Shown here: positions 1 to 11,617 of the stretch, one piece after another
How positions within the stretch are numbered: the first letter of the stretch is position 1
How the letters are laid out: every line of letters begins with the position of its first letter
Origin: Tubiluchus corallicola
Taxonomy: Eukaryota; Animalia; Priapulida
Assembly: GCA_030141605.1 (NCBI GenBank)
Contig: JAQGDQ010001636.1
Location: 1-31,498, forward strand
Length of the DNA stretch: 31,498 nucleotides
Reading direction: 5' to 3'
Notes under the pieces: generated by a model
What the model was told of the DNA's origin: nothing
What the model saw: only the letters and a program-made list of their open reading frames with translations
Database searches by the model: none
Translations under genes and position numbers: made by a program

Positions 1-150
1 ATTGGTCAAGTTTTTTGCCGAATTTCTTGTTGCAATTCTGAGTTTTGCGGTTACGTAGCTTTAACCCACAGGTTTATATTGTAGAATGTGGAAGTAATTA
101 ACATTAATTGCGTAAATGTAATTAATTTACAGACTTTTGTTGAATTTTAG

Positions 151-177
151 ATACACATGTAAACTTGAGAGCATACG
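151..177 (+). CDS. Candidate 27-nt micro-exon of Kunitz gene A (xTHVNLRAYG)
   Basis: Acceptor ttttgttgaattttag ends at 150 and donor GTAGGT starts at 178. Phase 1-1 with no stop; joins in frame to the exon at 492. Confidence 0.55.
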
Positions 178-491
178 GTAGGTACTTGGTGGGTTACATA
201 GTTTACAGAGTTCCCTCTATAAGTCAAAAAAGGTTGCTTAAGCAGTTGGCAGAATAACTGCACGGTATATTGCACGTTAACCAGATGACGCCATTTTCAC
301 CAAAATCAGCGCCCCCAAGTGTGAAGCGATTCAGATTTTAAATTGAAATTATTAACTACACCAGCGCTTATTACAATTTCATTGCTGAAACTTTCAAACA
401 TTTTCCACAAATATTTGAATAAGTTCAACTTCCCGAGAGACTTGACTTTTCCTTTAAAGCGACGTTCTACCATTTTTTATTTTGCGTTTAG

Positions 492-662
492 GGAAGGGAG
501 TATGCAAAGACCCACTGCCAAGATTCATGTGTTTGATCTCTTCCCTGGAAGCCTGGCATTACAATCCGAAAACTAAGATTTGCGAGACGTTCCAGTTTGC
601 AGCCTGTCCTGGAATTTACAATCAGTTTCCCACAAAGGAAGCATGTGACAAATTCTGTGGAG
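492..662 (+). CDS. Kunitz/BPTI protease-inhibitor domain exon (gene A; 5' exons outside window)
   Basis: GKGVCKDPLPRFMCLISSLEAWHYNPKTKICETFQFAACPGIYNQFPTKEACDKFCG has six Cys spaced C-x8-C-x16-C-x7-C-x12-C-x3-C, with WHYN and NQFPT..C motifs. Polypyrimidine tract plus AG at 490-491, G|GTATGG donor at 663, symmetric phase 1-1. Confidence 0.9.
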
Positions 663-1049
663 GTATGGACAAAATTTACATTTTCAACATTGATCAGCAG
701 AAAGTAACAATAATGTAGAATTTATACAGGTACATCTTGAGTTTGAAATTAAAACTTAAAATTTAAAATGAATAACAACAATGTCGTACTTTTCCGGGCG
801 CATGCGCAGGTTGTTGCGACTTCCAATACGTTCAAATGGGAAAATGCAAATGTTGACTCTTAGTATGCGTGCATGTAGCGTAGATGTCAACATTAAAAGC
901 CCTATTTAATTTCACGAACAAATGGTGAGTTAAAGGAGCTTTGAAATGTTCGGGGGTACGGAAGTCGAGAAAAACTCTCCGTTACCGTGTCGGTAGTTTC
1001 CCCATTGAACTTGCTTACAAGCTTTGATAGTGATGAAGTGTGCATCAGT

Positions 1050-1703
<654 letters not shown>

Positions 1704-1954
1704 ATGATCTTCATATTATTATTTCTTTTCTTGTGTTTGTGGTTAAATTTAGTGCTACCAATCTTGAGTGCAACATTTTTTCTTTTGAATTTTAGGAGAA
1801 TAATCCAAAGGTACCATGTGAACAACCTGGATACGCCACCACCTGAAAAAAACTCTAAAAAGACGTTTTTTATTTTGGAATTTTATTTTGTTGTTCTTGA
1901 TCTCTGACTTTGGTTCATGACGGGTTGGCAACCCTAACTCTTGCAGAATTTAAA

Positions 1955-3065
1955 TGTACCAAACTTGTCTGAGCTTACCTGTATCAAACTCACCTGTATC
2001 AAATTCACCTGTATCAAACTCACCTGTACCAAATTCACCTGTATCAAACTCACCTGTACCAAATTCACCTGTATCAAACTCACCTGTATCAAATTCACCT
2101 GTATCAAACTCACCTGTATCAAATTCACCTGTATCAAACTCACCTGTATCAAACTCACCTGTATCAAACTTACCTGTACCAAACTTACCTGTACCAAATT
2201 CACCTGTATCAAACTCACCTGTATCAAACTCACCTGTATCAAACTCACCTGTATCAAACTCACCTGTATCAAACTCACCTGTACCAAACTTACCTGTACC
2301 AAACTTACCTGTACCAAACTTACCTGTATCAAACTTACCTGTACCAAACTTACCTGTATCAAACTTACCTGTACCGAACTCACCTGTATCAAACTCACCT
2401 GTACCAAACTTACCTGTACCAAACTTACCTGTACCAAACTTACCTGTACCGAACTCACCTGTATCAAACTCACCTGTATCAAACTCACCTGTACCAAACT
2501 CACCTGTACCAAACTTACCTGTATCAAACCTACCTGTACCAAACTCACCTGTACCAAACTCACCTGTACCAAACTCACCTGTATCAAACCTACCTGTACC
2601 AAACTTACCTGTATCAAACCTACCTGTACCAAACTCACCTGTACCAAATTCACCTGTACCAAACTCACCTGTACCAAACTCAGCTGTACCAAACTCACCT
2701 GTACCAAACTCACCTGTACCAAACTCACCTGTACCAAACTTACCTGTATCAAACCTACCTGTACCAAACTTACCTGTATCAAACCTACCTGTACCAAACT
2801 CAGCTGTACCAAACTCACCTGTACCAAACTCACCTGTACCAAACTCAGCTGTACCAAACTCAGCTGTACCAAACTCACCTGTACCAAACTCAGCTGTATC
2901 AAACTCACCTGTATCAAACCTACCTTTATCAACTTACCTGCACCAAAATTACCTGTAAGAAACTTACCTGTACCAAACTCACCTGTATCAAAATTACCTG
3001 TACCAAGCTCACCTATATCAAAATTACCTGCGCCAAACATACCTGCACCAAACCTACCGTGCACC
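1955..3065. repeat. 15-bp minisatellite, ~74 units (aaactYacctgtaYc), degenerate toward 3065
   Basis: Directly visible 15-bp period. The reverse-complement unit is RTACAGGTRAGTTTG. Confidence 0.97.
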
Positions 3066-3094
3066 AAACAAACCACATAACCCGGGGAGTTTAC

Positions 3095-3277
3095 CTCTGC
3101 AGGTCTTAACGCACTCCAAGGCTGAATCAAAATGGAGACTTCTCTTCGGACATCCAGGAGAATCTGGCTCATATAATTCACAATAGCCCTTAGCTGTGTT
3201 GAAGTAGTAGTAGTAGTCACGATCAGCCCAGAAGCTGTTCAAACGACATGTTGAGGGCAATGGTGGGTCGCTGCATC
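3095..3277 (-). CDS. Atypical Kunitz/BPTI domain exon (gene B, exon 2)
   Basis: GCSDPPLPSTCRLNSFWADRDYYYYFNTAKGYCELYEPDSPGCPKRSLHFDSALECVKTCR has six Cys spaced C-x8-C-x21-C-x9-C-x12-C-x3-C, with YYFN..C and F.S..EC..C motifs. Acceptor tttactatag ends at 3278; possible donor AG|GTAAAC at 3094. Without splicing the frame runs on to a stop at 3054-3056. Confidence 0.85.
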
Positions 3278-3419
3278 CTATAGTAAATTAAAAACGTTAA
3301 AGGAAGACAGGATGATTTTTCATATACTACCCCATTTTCAAATCCGATAAAAAGTATACATTTCAACACAATTAATACTGCAAGAGCGTTTCCGATAATT
3401 AAATAATAAATTAAAAACT

Positions 3420-3922
3420 TAATTAACGGCGGGTGAGCCCAACTATTGCTGACATCACAAACTAACATAATTTTCAAAGCAAAAATATTCCACGAGCTTG
3501 TTGCACGTGTTTGCGAAAGCGAAAATTGAGGTACAGTGCTGCCGTAAGGTATTCAGTGTGTTGTACTAAACTAGGCAAGTTTGAAGATAAAAATTCAAAT
3601 TTCAGATATACTGCTGAGCTCACGCAAGAGCTGTCGAATGCGTGCAGTTCGTCACAAACTAACACATCTGAACTGAGAGGTACAAACCCTGTTTTTTGTG
3701 CAATGCGTTTCTAAAATTCAGACGCTAGTACCCGTCTAACTAGCGAATGGCGAAATGCACGTTACAGCGAACAACTTGTGGCGCGAACGTGAAATTGTGC
3801 TTGTGTAGTAATAATTCTTTCACGCAAGTCATTTTTGAAAAAAATAGTGCGTTTCTTTCAGTATATTAAAGAGTAGATTCTAGTTTAACCTACAGTCTGA
3901 GAATGAGTCGGGTTTTGCTTTA
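3420..3922 (+). mobile_element. Dispersed repeat, probable non-autonomous DNA transposon (Kolobok-like TTAA/AG ends)
   Basis: 3422-3520 is matched in inverted orientation at ~6112-6213 and in direct orientation at ~28545-28655. The copies at 3420 and 28545 both end in ggttttgctttaa. Confidence 0.55.
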
Positions 3923-5300
3923 AAGTTAAGTCAATTTATAAAAGAACTTTAAAGCATTAACTGGCAAAAATTAAAAAAATCTCGAATTAGCATTAATGAT
4001 CATATTTGTGCCTCTGGTCGCAAAGCTGATTTCAATAACTTCAGCATTGTAACCAGAGTTACAAATAACTGGGACTTATCAACAAAAGAAAGTTTATCTG
4101 TGTACCATAATAAGCCTTCTCTTAATGTACAAAGTAGTTCAATTCCATTAACTTTATTTTCAAACACTTAGATGTCTGTTTGTCACTGTATCTATTTCTT
4201 TTCTACAGGTCTTTTTAAATCATTACCTATTTGGCTTTTGTAAATACATAATTAGTGGATAATTTACTGCATCAATTTCTTTATTGGTCTGCTTATTCAT
4301 TGCCTATTTGGCTTCTGTATATACATAATTAATGCATAATTTTCTATACTGTAGGCTCTGCCTATATAAACTGGCTACTGTATCACTGATGATAACAGCT
4401 GATTGCTGTCGAAACTTTAGAACATGTTTTTTTAAACAGTTGTAATTAAAATTTTTAATAAAAGTTGTGTAGTTTTAATAATTAGAGTTAAAATTCACTT
4501 ATTTGATTCCTTAATGATTCAAAAATGATAATTTTATTGATATTAAAAAATTGTTTATTAGAGTTCAAAAAGAAGCATTGAATTCCACTTTGGCATTCCA
4601 TAACAATAGCAATAATTGTGAGTAGTGTGGCTATACAGAAAAAAATCTCGAGGTGGCGTTTCACAAAATTCCTACGGGAAATGCCCAAAGTGGTCCTTCC
4701 GGGAAATTGAGCTTATTTCACTGACCGGGAAAATGTTAGGATTGAGTAATATACGTGTGATAAGTATCTCGTGTAATTAGTAAAGTCATTTTTAAGCTGC
4801 TATCATTTCACGCTTGGGCGCTCCCGTTTCATTCTTCCACCAATGACGCCATTCATCCACCGAAGAAAAGCTGTGCACGCTATCAATTTGCCTCTAAAGT
4901 ATAATATAGATAATTTTGTCATATTTTTGCATGAATATTAAGTAACGCGCAGAAGTTTGAATTAGTTTAAGCAGCGCGTGCTTACGAAAAACCATGACGC
5001 GCTTACAAAAAGTTACGAGGTCCACCAGTTATGTCATAACTTTCATGTGAATTTTCGCTACCACCACGTCTGAAAATTTCCGTACAGTGGTAGTACAAAT
5101 TAGTTTTGAGCTTACCAGACAGTTTTTTTTTGCAATTTTTTGTTTTGTTTTTCTAAGTTTAAGTGCAAATAGGAAAGCAAACTCAGGATAATGAGTGACT
5201 TCTTCTCTCTTTTAAAACCAAAAAAGTCCTTCATAACTGCTAGACCTGCTGGGTTTGGAATCATTTTAGCAGACAATAAGAAAACTTTGGATATTCTTAC

Positions 5301-5394
5301 CTGCAGGTGCATCAGGTGCTACTTTATTTATGGTGTTGCTAGCAGCCACCATTGCAGAAAACAGAACTGTTAAAATGACAGAAAAAGCTACCAT
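5301..5394 (-). CDS. Signal-peptide exon (gene B, exon 1)
   Basis: gccATGG start encoding MVAFSVILTVLFSAMVAASNTINKVAPDAPA. Strong donor CAG|GTAAGA at 5300, phase 1, in frame with the Kunitz exon at 3277. Confidence 0.85.
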
Positions 5395-5475
5395 GGCTGA
5401 CGAATAAACTGCAGTAATGTTTCTCCTGCCAAGTCAAATCTGATGTTTGTCACACTCGATTCATATCATTGCTTA

Positions 5476-5483
5476 TTTATATA
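5476..5483 (-). promoter_or_regulatory. Candidate TATA box of Kunitz gene B
   Basis: TATATAAA on the - strand, about 85 nt upstream of the ATG at 5394. Confidence 0.5.
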
Positions 5484-5883
5484 GGGAGACCCACATCTGC
5501 ATCAGCAAAAACCAGACCAGTGTGACCAAGCAAACAGCACATAATTTCTAAAAGTCAAATCTTTTAGATTGTTACCATAAATCACATCTCCTCTGCTCAT
5601 ATATGCAGGAAGCCAAATCAATTTAGCACCTTAAGTACTTCTGCATCATCATTTGTATACCGCATACGTTAAAAGCTACATTATCTACCAGGATCGCGTT
5701 GACTTAAACCCGTGAGATGGAGAGAAAGATCTTTATGATCGCACTTTTAGGTTATGAAGCAGTCCGCAAGTCCTGTGAAGTTAAGTGTGGTCATTAGCCA
5801 GCAGAACATCAGGGCGCAAAATGGACCAGCAGCATCACTTTGCTGACAGAATTTGATGTACTACCAGCATGAGCAAACGAAGC

Positions 5884-6214
5884 TTAAAGTGCAAGAAAAC
5901 CCTCCACTTGGATAAAGCTTAAAAACTCGTCTTGAAATTTTATACCACTTACAAAGTGCCATTTTGCATACAGGACTCGCCTCCGCAGTAACGTTGTATA
6001 AAACTTGTAAATTTAAACACCTTGATGACCATTAGGCGCAGCCATTTTTGCCGATGAGCCGTTTGAAACAAGTTTTTCATAACACCGAGTAAACTTTGAA
6101 AAAATAATCAGAGCTTTTCACGAACACGTGCAACACGCTCGTGGAATATGTTTGCTGTTGAAAATTATGTTAGTTTGTGACGTCGCCAATAGTTAGGCTC
6201 GCTCGCCGTTAATC
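5884..6214 (-). mobile_element. Second, inverted copy of the dispersed repeat family at 3420
   Basis: Reverse complement of 6112-6213 aligns with 3422-3520. The terminus ttaaagtgcaagaaaaccctccactt recurs at ~16804. Confidence 0.55.
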
Positions 6215-6216
6215 AA

Positions 6217-6838
6217 CCCTTGTAGGGTCACGATTTTTTACCACCGATTTTGGTAACCGGGGGGGGGGGAGTAAAAATTACCAACACCATTATTCGTAGA
6301 TGACTTTTGATAAACCGCCGTGTTTCATTAGTAAACAGCAACAGCATAATTTGAGGTTATGCTGACCACCATAGGATACATTATACCTGTGCTTAAAGAC
6401 ATGTGACTTACTAGTAATACGAAATTTAAATTCACTTAGTCACGTTCCCTTATCTAGGCTGGAATAACTGTAGACAACCGACATTGCTAGCGCGTGTGCA
6501 AAAATCATTGTTATTTTGAATTTATTGTCTTCTACTTTCTTCGTTTAGGTGGAGTAATTTGAGTAACTGACATTTTGTTTTATCAGATACATCGCCCATA
6601 TAATGTACAGACAAGCGAAGTAAAGTTTCCATAATTTTAAAAAATCGACGTATTGCATTTTCACTTTATTTCGTGGTGAGACAATGCGCCTAAAATAAAT
6701 AACTGAAAGTATTTTGTGCACAAAACATGTTTAGAAAAAGTCATAGAAAAGGTTTACTGGGATGCGTATGGTAAAAGGGTAAAATGCAAAAAAGCCGGTC
6801 TGGGGGTAATTTTTTACCCCCCGGTGACCCTATAAGGG
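6217..6838. mobile_element. piggyBac-like MITE
   Basis: TIRs CCCTTGTAGGGTCAC (6217) and GTGACCCTATAAGGG (ending 6838) with one mismatch; flanks are TCAA and TTAA. Inverted subterminal G-run/aaaaattacc motifs. Confidence 0.7.
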
Positions 6839-7019
6839 TTAATTATACAGTTAATTTTAACCAGCTTTCATAATGCAATTAGCAAGGTCATATTAGCACG
6901 TAACGCACAGCGGATTTGTTTTCTTGATTAATTAACGATGAAGAAAAATACATGGAAGATATTCCAGGACGTAACTGTTTAGCATCAAACAGCAAGTAAA
7001 TACACGTAGCTTAAAATAG

Positions 7020-7195
7020 TTTTAACTATATTATATAATTGTATTATATAATATATATAATAATAATAATAATATAATAATATAATAATATTAATAATAT
7101 TATAATATAATAATATTATAATAATATAATAATAATAATATATTATATAATTATATTATATTATATAATATTATTATTGTATTTTAACTATATTA
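7020..7195. repeat. AT-only low-complexity tract bounded by a direct repeat ttttaactatatta
   Basis: Directly visible. The 14-nt repeat occurs at 7020 and 7182. Confidence 0.8.
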
Positions 7196-7887
7196 AAATA
7201 CCTTGCTTAGAACGCTCACTGAATCTGCTCACTAAATGATTAGCTTATTTACAAAAGACTAATATCACTGCTGAGTTTGTTGTATTACTTCGCGGGTGAC
7301 CGTCGTGTCCTTTTGTCGGACGAGATCTACTTTTTTGCTCTACGTCATTTTTCTTTCATGTTTTTCCATTTTATGCGACATCGTTGCCAGTCTTTTCAAT
7401 GCCTATCTCTCTTTATTCTATTTCTATTTCTATTAGCCGGCCAGCCACTTCAACAAACAATTTTTCATTTCTTTGCCGCTTAGTGTCTAAACATTTGTTG
7501 CGCTTGACTAAGCTGTACTTGAGTCATAGATATAATCTGGCGTGATTAGTGAACTGGTTGGGCAAATTAGGAAGACGGAGCAGAGGAGAGCAAAAAAGAG
7601 AGAGTGGAGATTAGCAGAACGCCGTGGCGAAGAAATTTGTTGCTTTATTTTGTTAAATGTGTTTTTAAACGAAGTTAGAAGTTGTCAGCTCTACAAACTG
7701 TAACACATTCACTGCGTGTTAACCTTGTACAATATCCAAACAGTTTTTTACTTGTATGTCTTCCCACTCACCATAACTGGCTAACAACTCTTATGCTAAA
7801 ACAAACAGGTAAAGTTGATAGCTCTGTTCCGGAGTAAAGAGAACCTGTTAAATTAGGCTAAGAACAGTAGATTATGATAAATAATTA

Positions 7888-8170
7888 TGTTGATAGATGC
7901 TGGTATGATGAAGCCAGTTAAGGAGTGGTGTCACGTGATTACGTGATCTAGGAATTAAGGCATCGGACACCGCGCACGATATATAAAGCGTGTAGGGCCT
8001 CCAGCAAAGAAAAATTAGTCTCAGATTAATTCTGGGAGCCGGAACGTACAGACCGTTAGATCAGGGGCCTTTGGCATTGCTATCTATTATATCTGTTGTG
8101 TTGATGATTAATAAACGTGTCGTTTTATAATCAGACTCTTCATAGCTTTGCCATTCCTCAAGCATCAATA
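7888..8170 (+). mobile_element. Possible degraded solo LTR
   Basis: TGTTGAT...ATCAATA imperfect termini, TATATAAA at ~7980 and AATAAA at ~8110. No TSD found. Confidence 0.3.
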
Positions 8171-8890
8171 AGCAGCACACAACCAATACAACGCACTATC
8201 CACTGTACAACCAAATTAATTTTACTTTGGGCAGTTTAGGCGTAGTACGAGAGAACGAATATTTCGGGCACCACCAAATGATGATAAAAATACAATAATA
8301 TTTTTCGTAAAAGGAAATCTCGAATGCGGCGCCGAAATCCGGGCATTTTTCTTGATCATGGGGTGGGGGAGGCAATTCCCCGACCTGCGCTCATTTCGGG
8401 TTGGTACTGTATTTTTCGGGCAAATGCGGCTCAGCCCCCCTTGGAAAAATCGCCATGTACGCCTATTCAACTTGGCAGATCTATTTTCGACTTCAACTTC
8501 CACGTAACAGGTTCTTAATGATCTATTCACAGAAAGTTTTAAAAAATCCTCTGAGACAGTTAAAATAAACTCGGGATTTTTCGGGATTCTTGGCATAATG
8601 ATTAACAAAAACAGCAAAGAAACGACGCACAAAGATAATTTAATAACGCACATTTACTAAGATAGGTTTCAAACACACTGTGTCCATCGCTATAAAAGAG
8701 TTTGCTTGTCACCTACTGGTCACTCCATTTCTAAAAACGACATTAAAATGTTGACGTCATCATCATCTGACGATAACTTCTTAAAAATCAAAGAAAATTT
8801 GCGCATAGCAATAGACAAATTTTGACAACTCAGATTTGAATTCTAATTGAACATTTGTTCCATTGTCTTTGTCTTAATCCGTTATTCCAA

Positions 8891-9088
<198 letters not shown>

Positions 9089-9092
<4 letters not shown>

Positions 9093-9490
9093 ACGAAGGC
9101 AGATTGTGACTAACCCCCTAGTGTTAGTAATGGGTACAGCCGAGAAGCCCAGTAATGCAAATGTACCTGTATAAAACAGAATGCACGCCGTAATTTGACG
9201 ATTCCAACCTGGCCTTTCTGTCTGTAAGGGTGAATGCTGTAGGTTTGCTGATTTTTATACCGAAGTCTGTTCACATGTCATGGAGCTACTGGTTGTGCAT
9301 TCAAGTTTATTTTACATTCGTATTCTTTTTACTTTTCTCGTCTGCTGTAAAGTATTTCATAACTTGTATGGCGCTCTATACATCCTGAGACGGATCGGCG
9401 CTGAAACCCGGATCCGTTACACTGGTGTCAGAAGTGGGATACATTCTGTGGAGACGGATCGGCGCCTGGAAAGGACCCGGATCCGTTGCA
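9089..9490 (+). mobile_element. LTR-retrotransposon remnant: LTR end, primer-binding site and duplicated LTR end
   Basis: ...GATCCGTTACA ends at 9421 and is followed after 1 nt by TGGTGTCAGAAGTGGGAT (9423-9440), a Gypsy-type PBS complementary to a tRNA-Leu 3' end. TATAAAA at ~9170. The left boundary is uncertain. Confidence 0.6.
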
Positions 9491-11322
9491 TTATTGTTTT
9501 TTCGTTCTTTTTAAATTTCTCAGTTCCATTGTTTTCAGTTTTTATTTTTTCTGATTATGGACACAGCGTATTCGAAAGCCATCTGACTAAATATGTTAAT
9601 AATCACGTTGTACTCTCAAGTTATTTCTGTGGGCAATGAAATAGGTGGGAGAGCTGTTACTGAATTAAATTTTGCCCACAATTATTAAGCCTGTTAGCTT
9701 TTTCAATCAAAGAAAAAAAACAATCATTAACAAATCACGAGGAATTATATTATAACATCTATATCAGGTATATAGATAACATAATTATCAATACTGAAAT
9801 AGCATAATTATAAATACTAAAATACCACTATACTAAAACACAGCAGAACAATTAGCCTGGCTAGCCCACAGGTCTAAATGTTCACTACAGACAATTTCAT
9901 TGCTGCTTGTTAATCATACAGCCATAATAATTCACATTTAGATTGACTGTATATATATAATATATATAATATTTTATTTCAAACATAATGTTTATTTAAA
10001 TTTTACCGATCAAACAATAACGACACTAAATCACACAAAAATTACACAAGCAAATATATAAACGCAGAAAAATTACAATATATTAATATGGTAGAGATAC
10101 AAGTAGATGCCTTGTATCATTTATCATAGAAAAATGCCCAAGAAATGAATTTAACGGAAACCAAGTTTACAGACTGAGTCAGAAGATCTGTTAATCACTT
10201 GATCTAAGATCATTTTTGAAATGTAATCACAGCTGTTGTGGACAAACATGTAAGAAGAAGACCGGACGATTGTTTAGACTCAATCTCATTTTAATTTACC
10301 GTCCAAAATATACATTTTCTCGCCTATAAAAGTTAACAATTGTTCCTTATATTTGAATAATTAGCTTAGGAAGTTAATTAGCAACAACCGAACACAGCTA
10401 TTGCTTACGTCACAAACTAACCACAGTTTGTGCAATGGCAGGCATCTTCCCTTGCGCGTCAAGCACGTTTGCGTAAGTGTTACAGATATGTCAACTCAAA
10501 ATGTAGGTAAAAATGGCACAACAGTGTATAAGGTGACTGGTACGCATATATTTGTCAGTCTATTATCATCCCCAAAATCAATGGTGAAAAGGTAGATAAA
10601 CACTATGTGGAACGTTCGTGCATTGTCCTTTATGAATCTAATTAATGAACTAATATTTTGTGAGTCTTTTTATATGTACTTATACATGTGCATTTTTGTA
10701 TGTTTGTTTGTTTATATTTGTGTTAAATCTTTTGAATCAAATGAATCAGACGAATAAGATTAGGATTGTCTGGTTTTGGCAGAAATCTGCTTCCTACTGA
10801 ACGCATTCTAGTTTTATTATAGAAATCTTCACTAAACAAGGAGTTCAACTTTGGAATACCCTGCCATCAAATTTAAAACAAATCAAGTCTTTTGACGAAT
10901 TCAAATCAAAATTAAAAATACATACATTAAATCGTTTTGAAAACCCAACATACGTAAACGATAATATATATTCATCCACAAATTTTATTTACCCACGTCC
11001 ATTTTAAATTGTATGTATATATTGTATATAGTCTATTATAATTTGCGTGTAACATTATAATGTATATTTTGTTTAAAATTTTTGGCGCACTAGTTTTTAG
11101 TTTGCACTGGACGCATTTGCCTTTAACAGTTGTGTGAATTCTATTCTCATGCTGCGATGTTCTTTTATGCTTTTATACTTATGAATATCGATTTTTTATG
11201 GCAAATAAAGATTATTATATATATATGTATTTATATATATATATATATAATATCTTTATTTGCCCTAAAAATCGATATTCATAACTATATATGTATATAT
11301 ATATCAATTGCATCAACATACC

Positions 11323-11473
11323 ACATGTGCCATTTTTCCCCACTTCTCCATTTGTGCCACTTTTACCTACTTTTCATCTGTGCCATTTTTCCTGCAACAT
11401 TTTTCCTGTGTGCCATTTTTACCGTGCCATTTTTCCGGTGGCATTTTTACCTGTGCCACATTTACACCGCCCC
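11323..11473. repeat. Degenerate tgtgccattttt minisatellite, probably a subterminal repeat of a MITE
   Basis: About 7 imperfect copies. One inverted copy (gtaggtaaaaatggcaca) lies at ~10503-10520. Confidence 0.6.
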
Positions 11474-11617
11474 GTCATCTCAGCGTACGTTGTTATTTCT
11501 CCTGTCATGGTTATTTACGTATTTGAAGGACTAGTTTATTTAGAATTACAGATGTAACATGTATATAGCAACCAATGCCAGCTGTCACATGCAAAGATTT
11601 CCTCTTGTGCATGCAGA

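Noticed and set aside
1934-3220. Pentapeptide-repeat ORFs (KLTCI, NSPVS, QVSLV)
   Set aside because: Translations of the 15-bp minisatellite in multiple frames. A 1-nt indel at ~2930 shifts the register, and there is no domain context.
4488-4688. Hydrophobic ORF as the signal-peptide exon of Kunitz gene B
   Set aside because: No ATG before the hydrophobic stretch and no good donor. The exon at 5394-5301 fits far better.
9385-9420. Hammerhead ribozyme (CTGA...GAAAC)
   Set aside because: The core reads CTGAGA rather than CTGANGA and the required stems do not form. Better explained as an LTR end.
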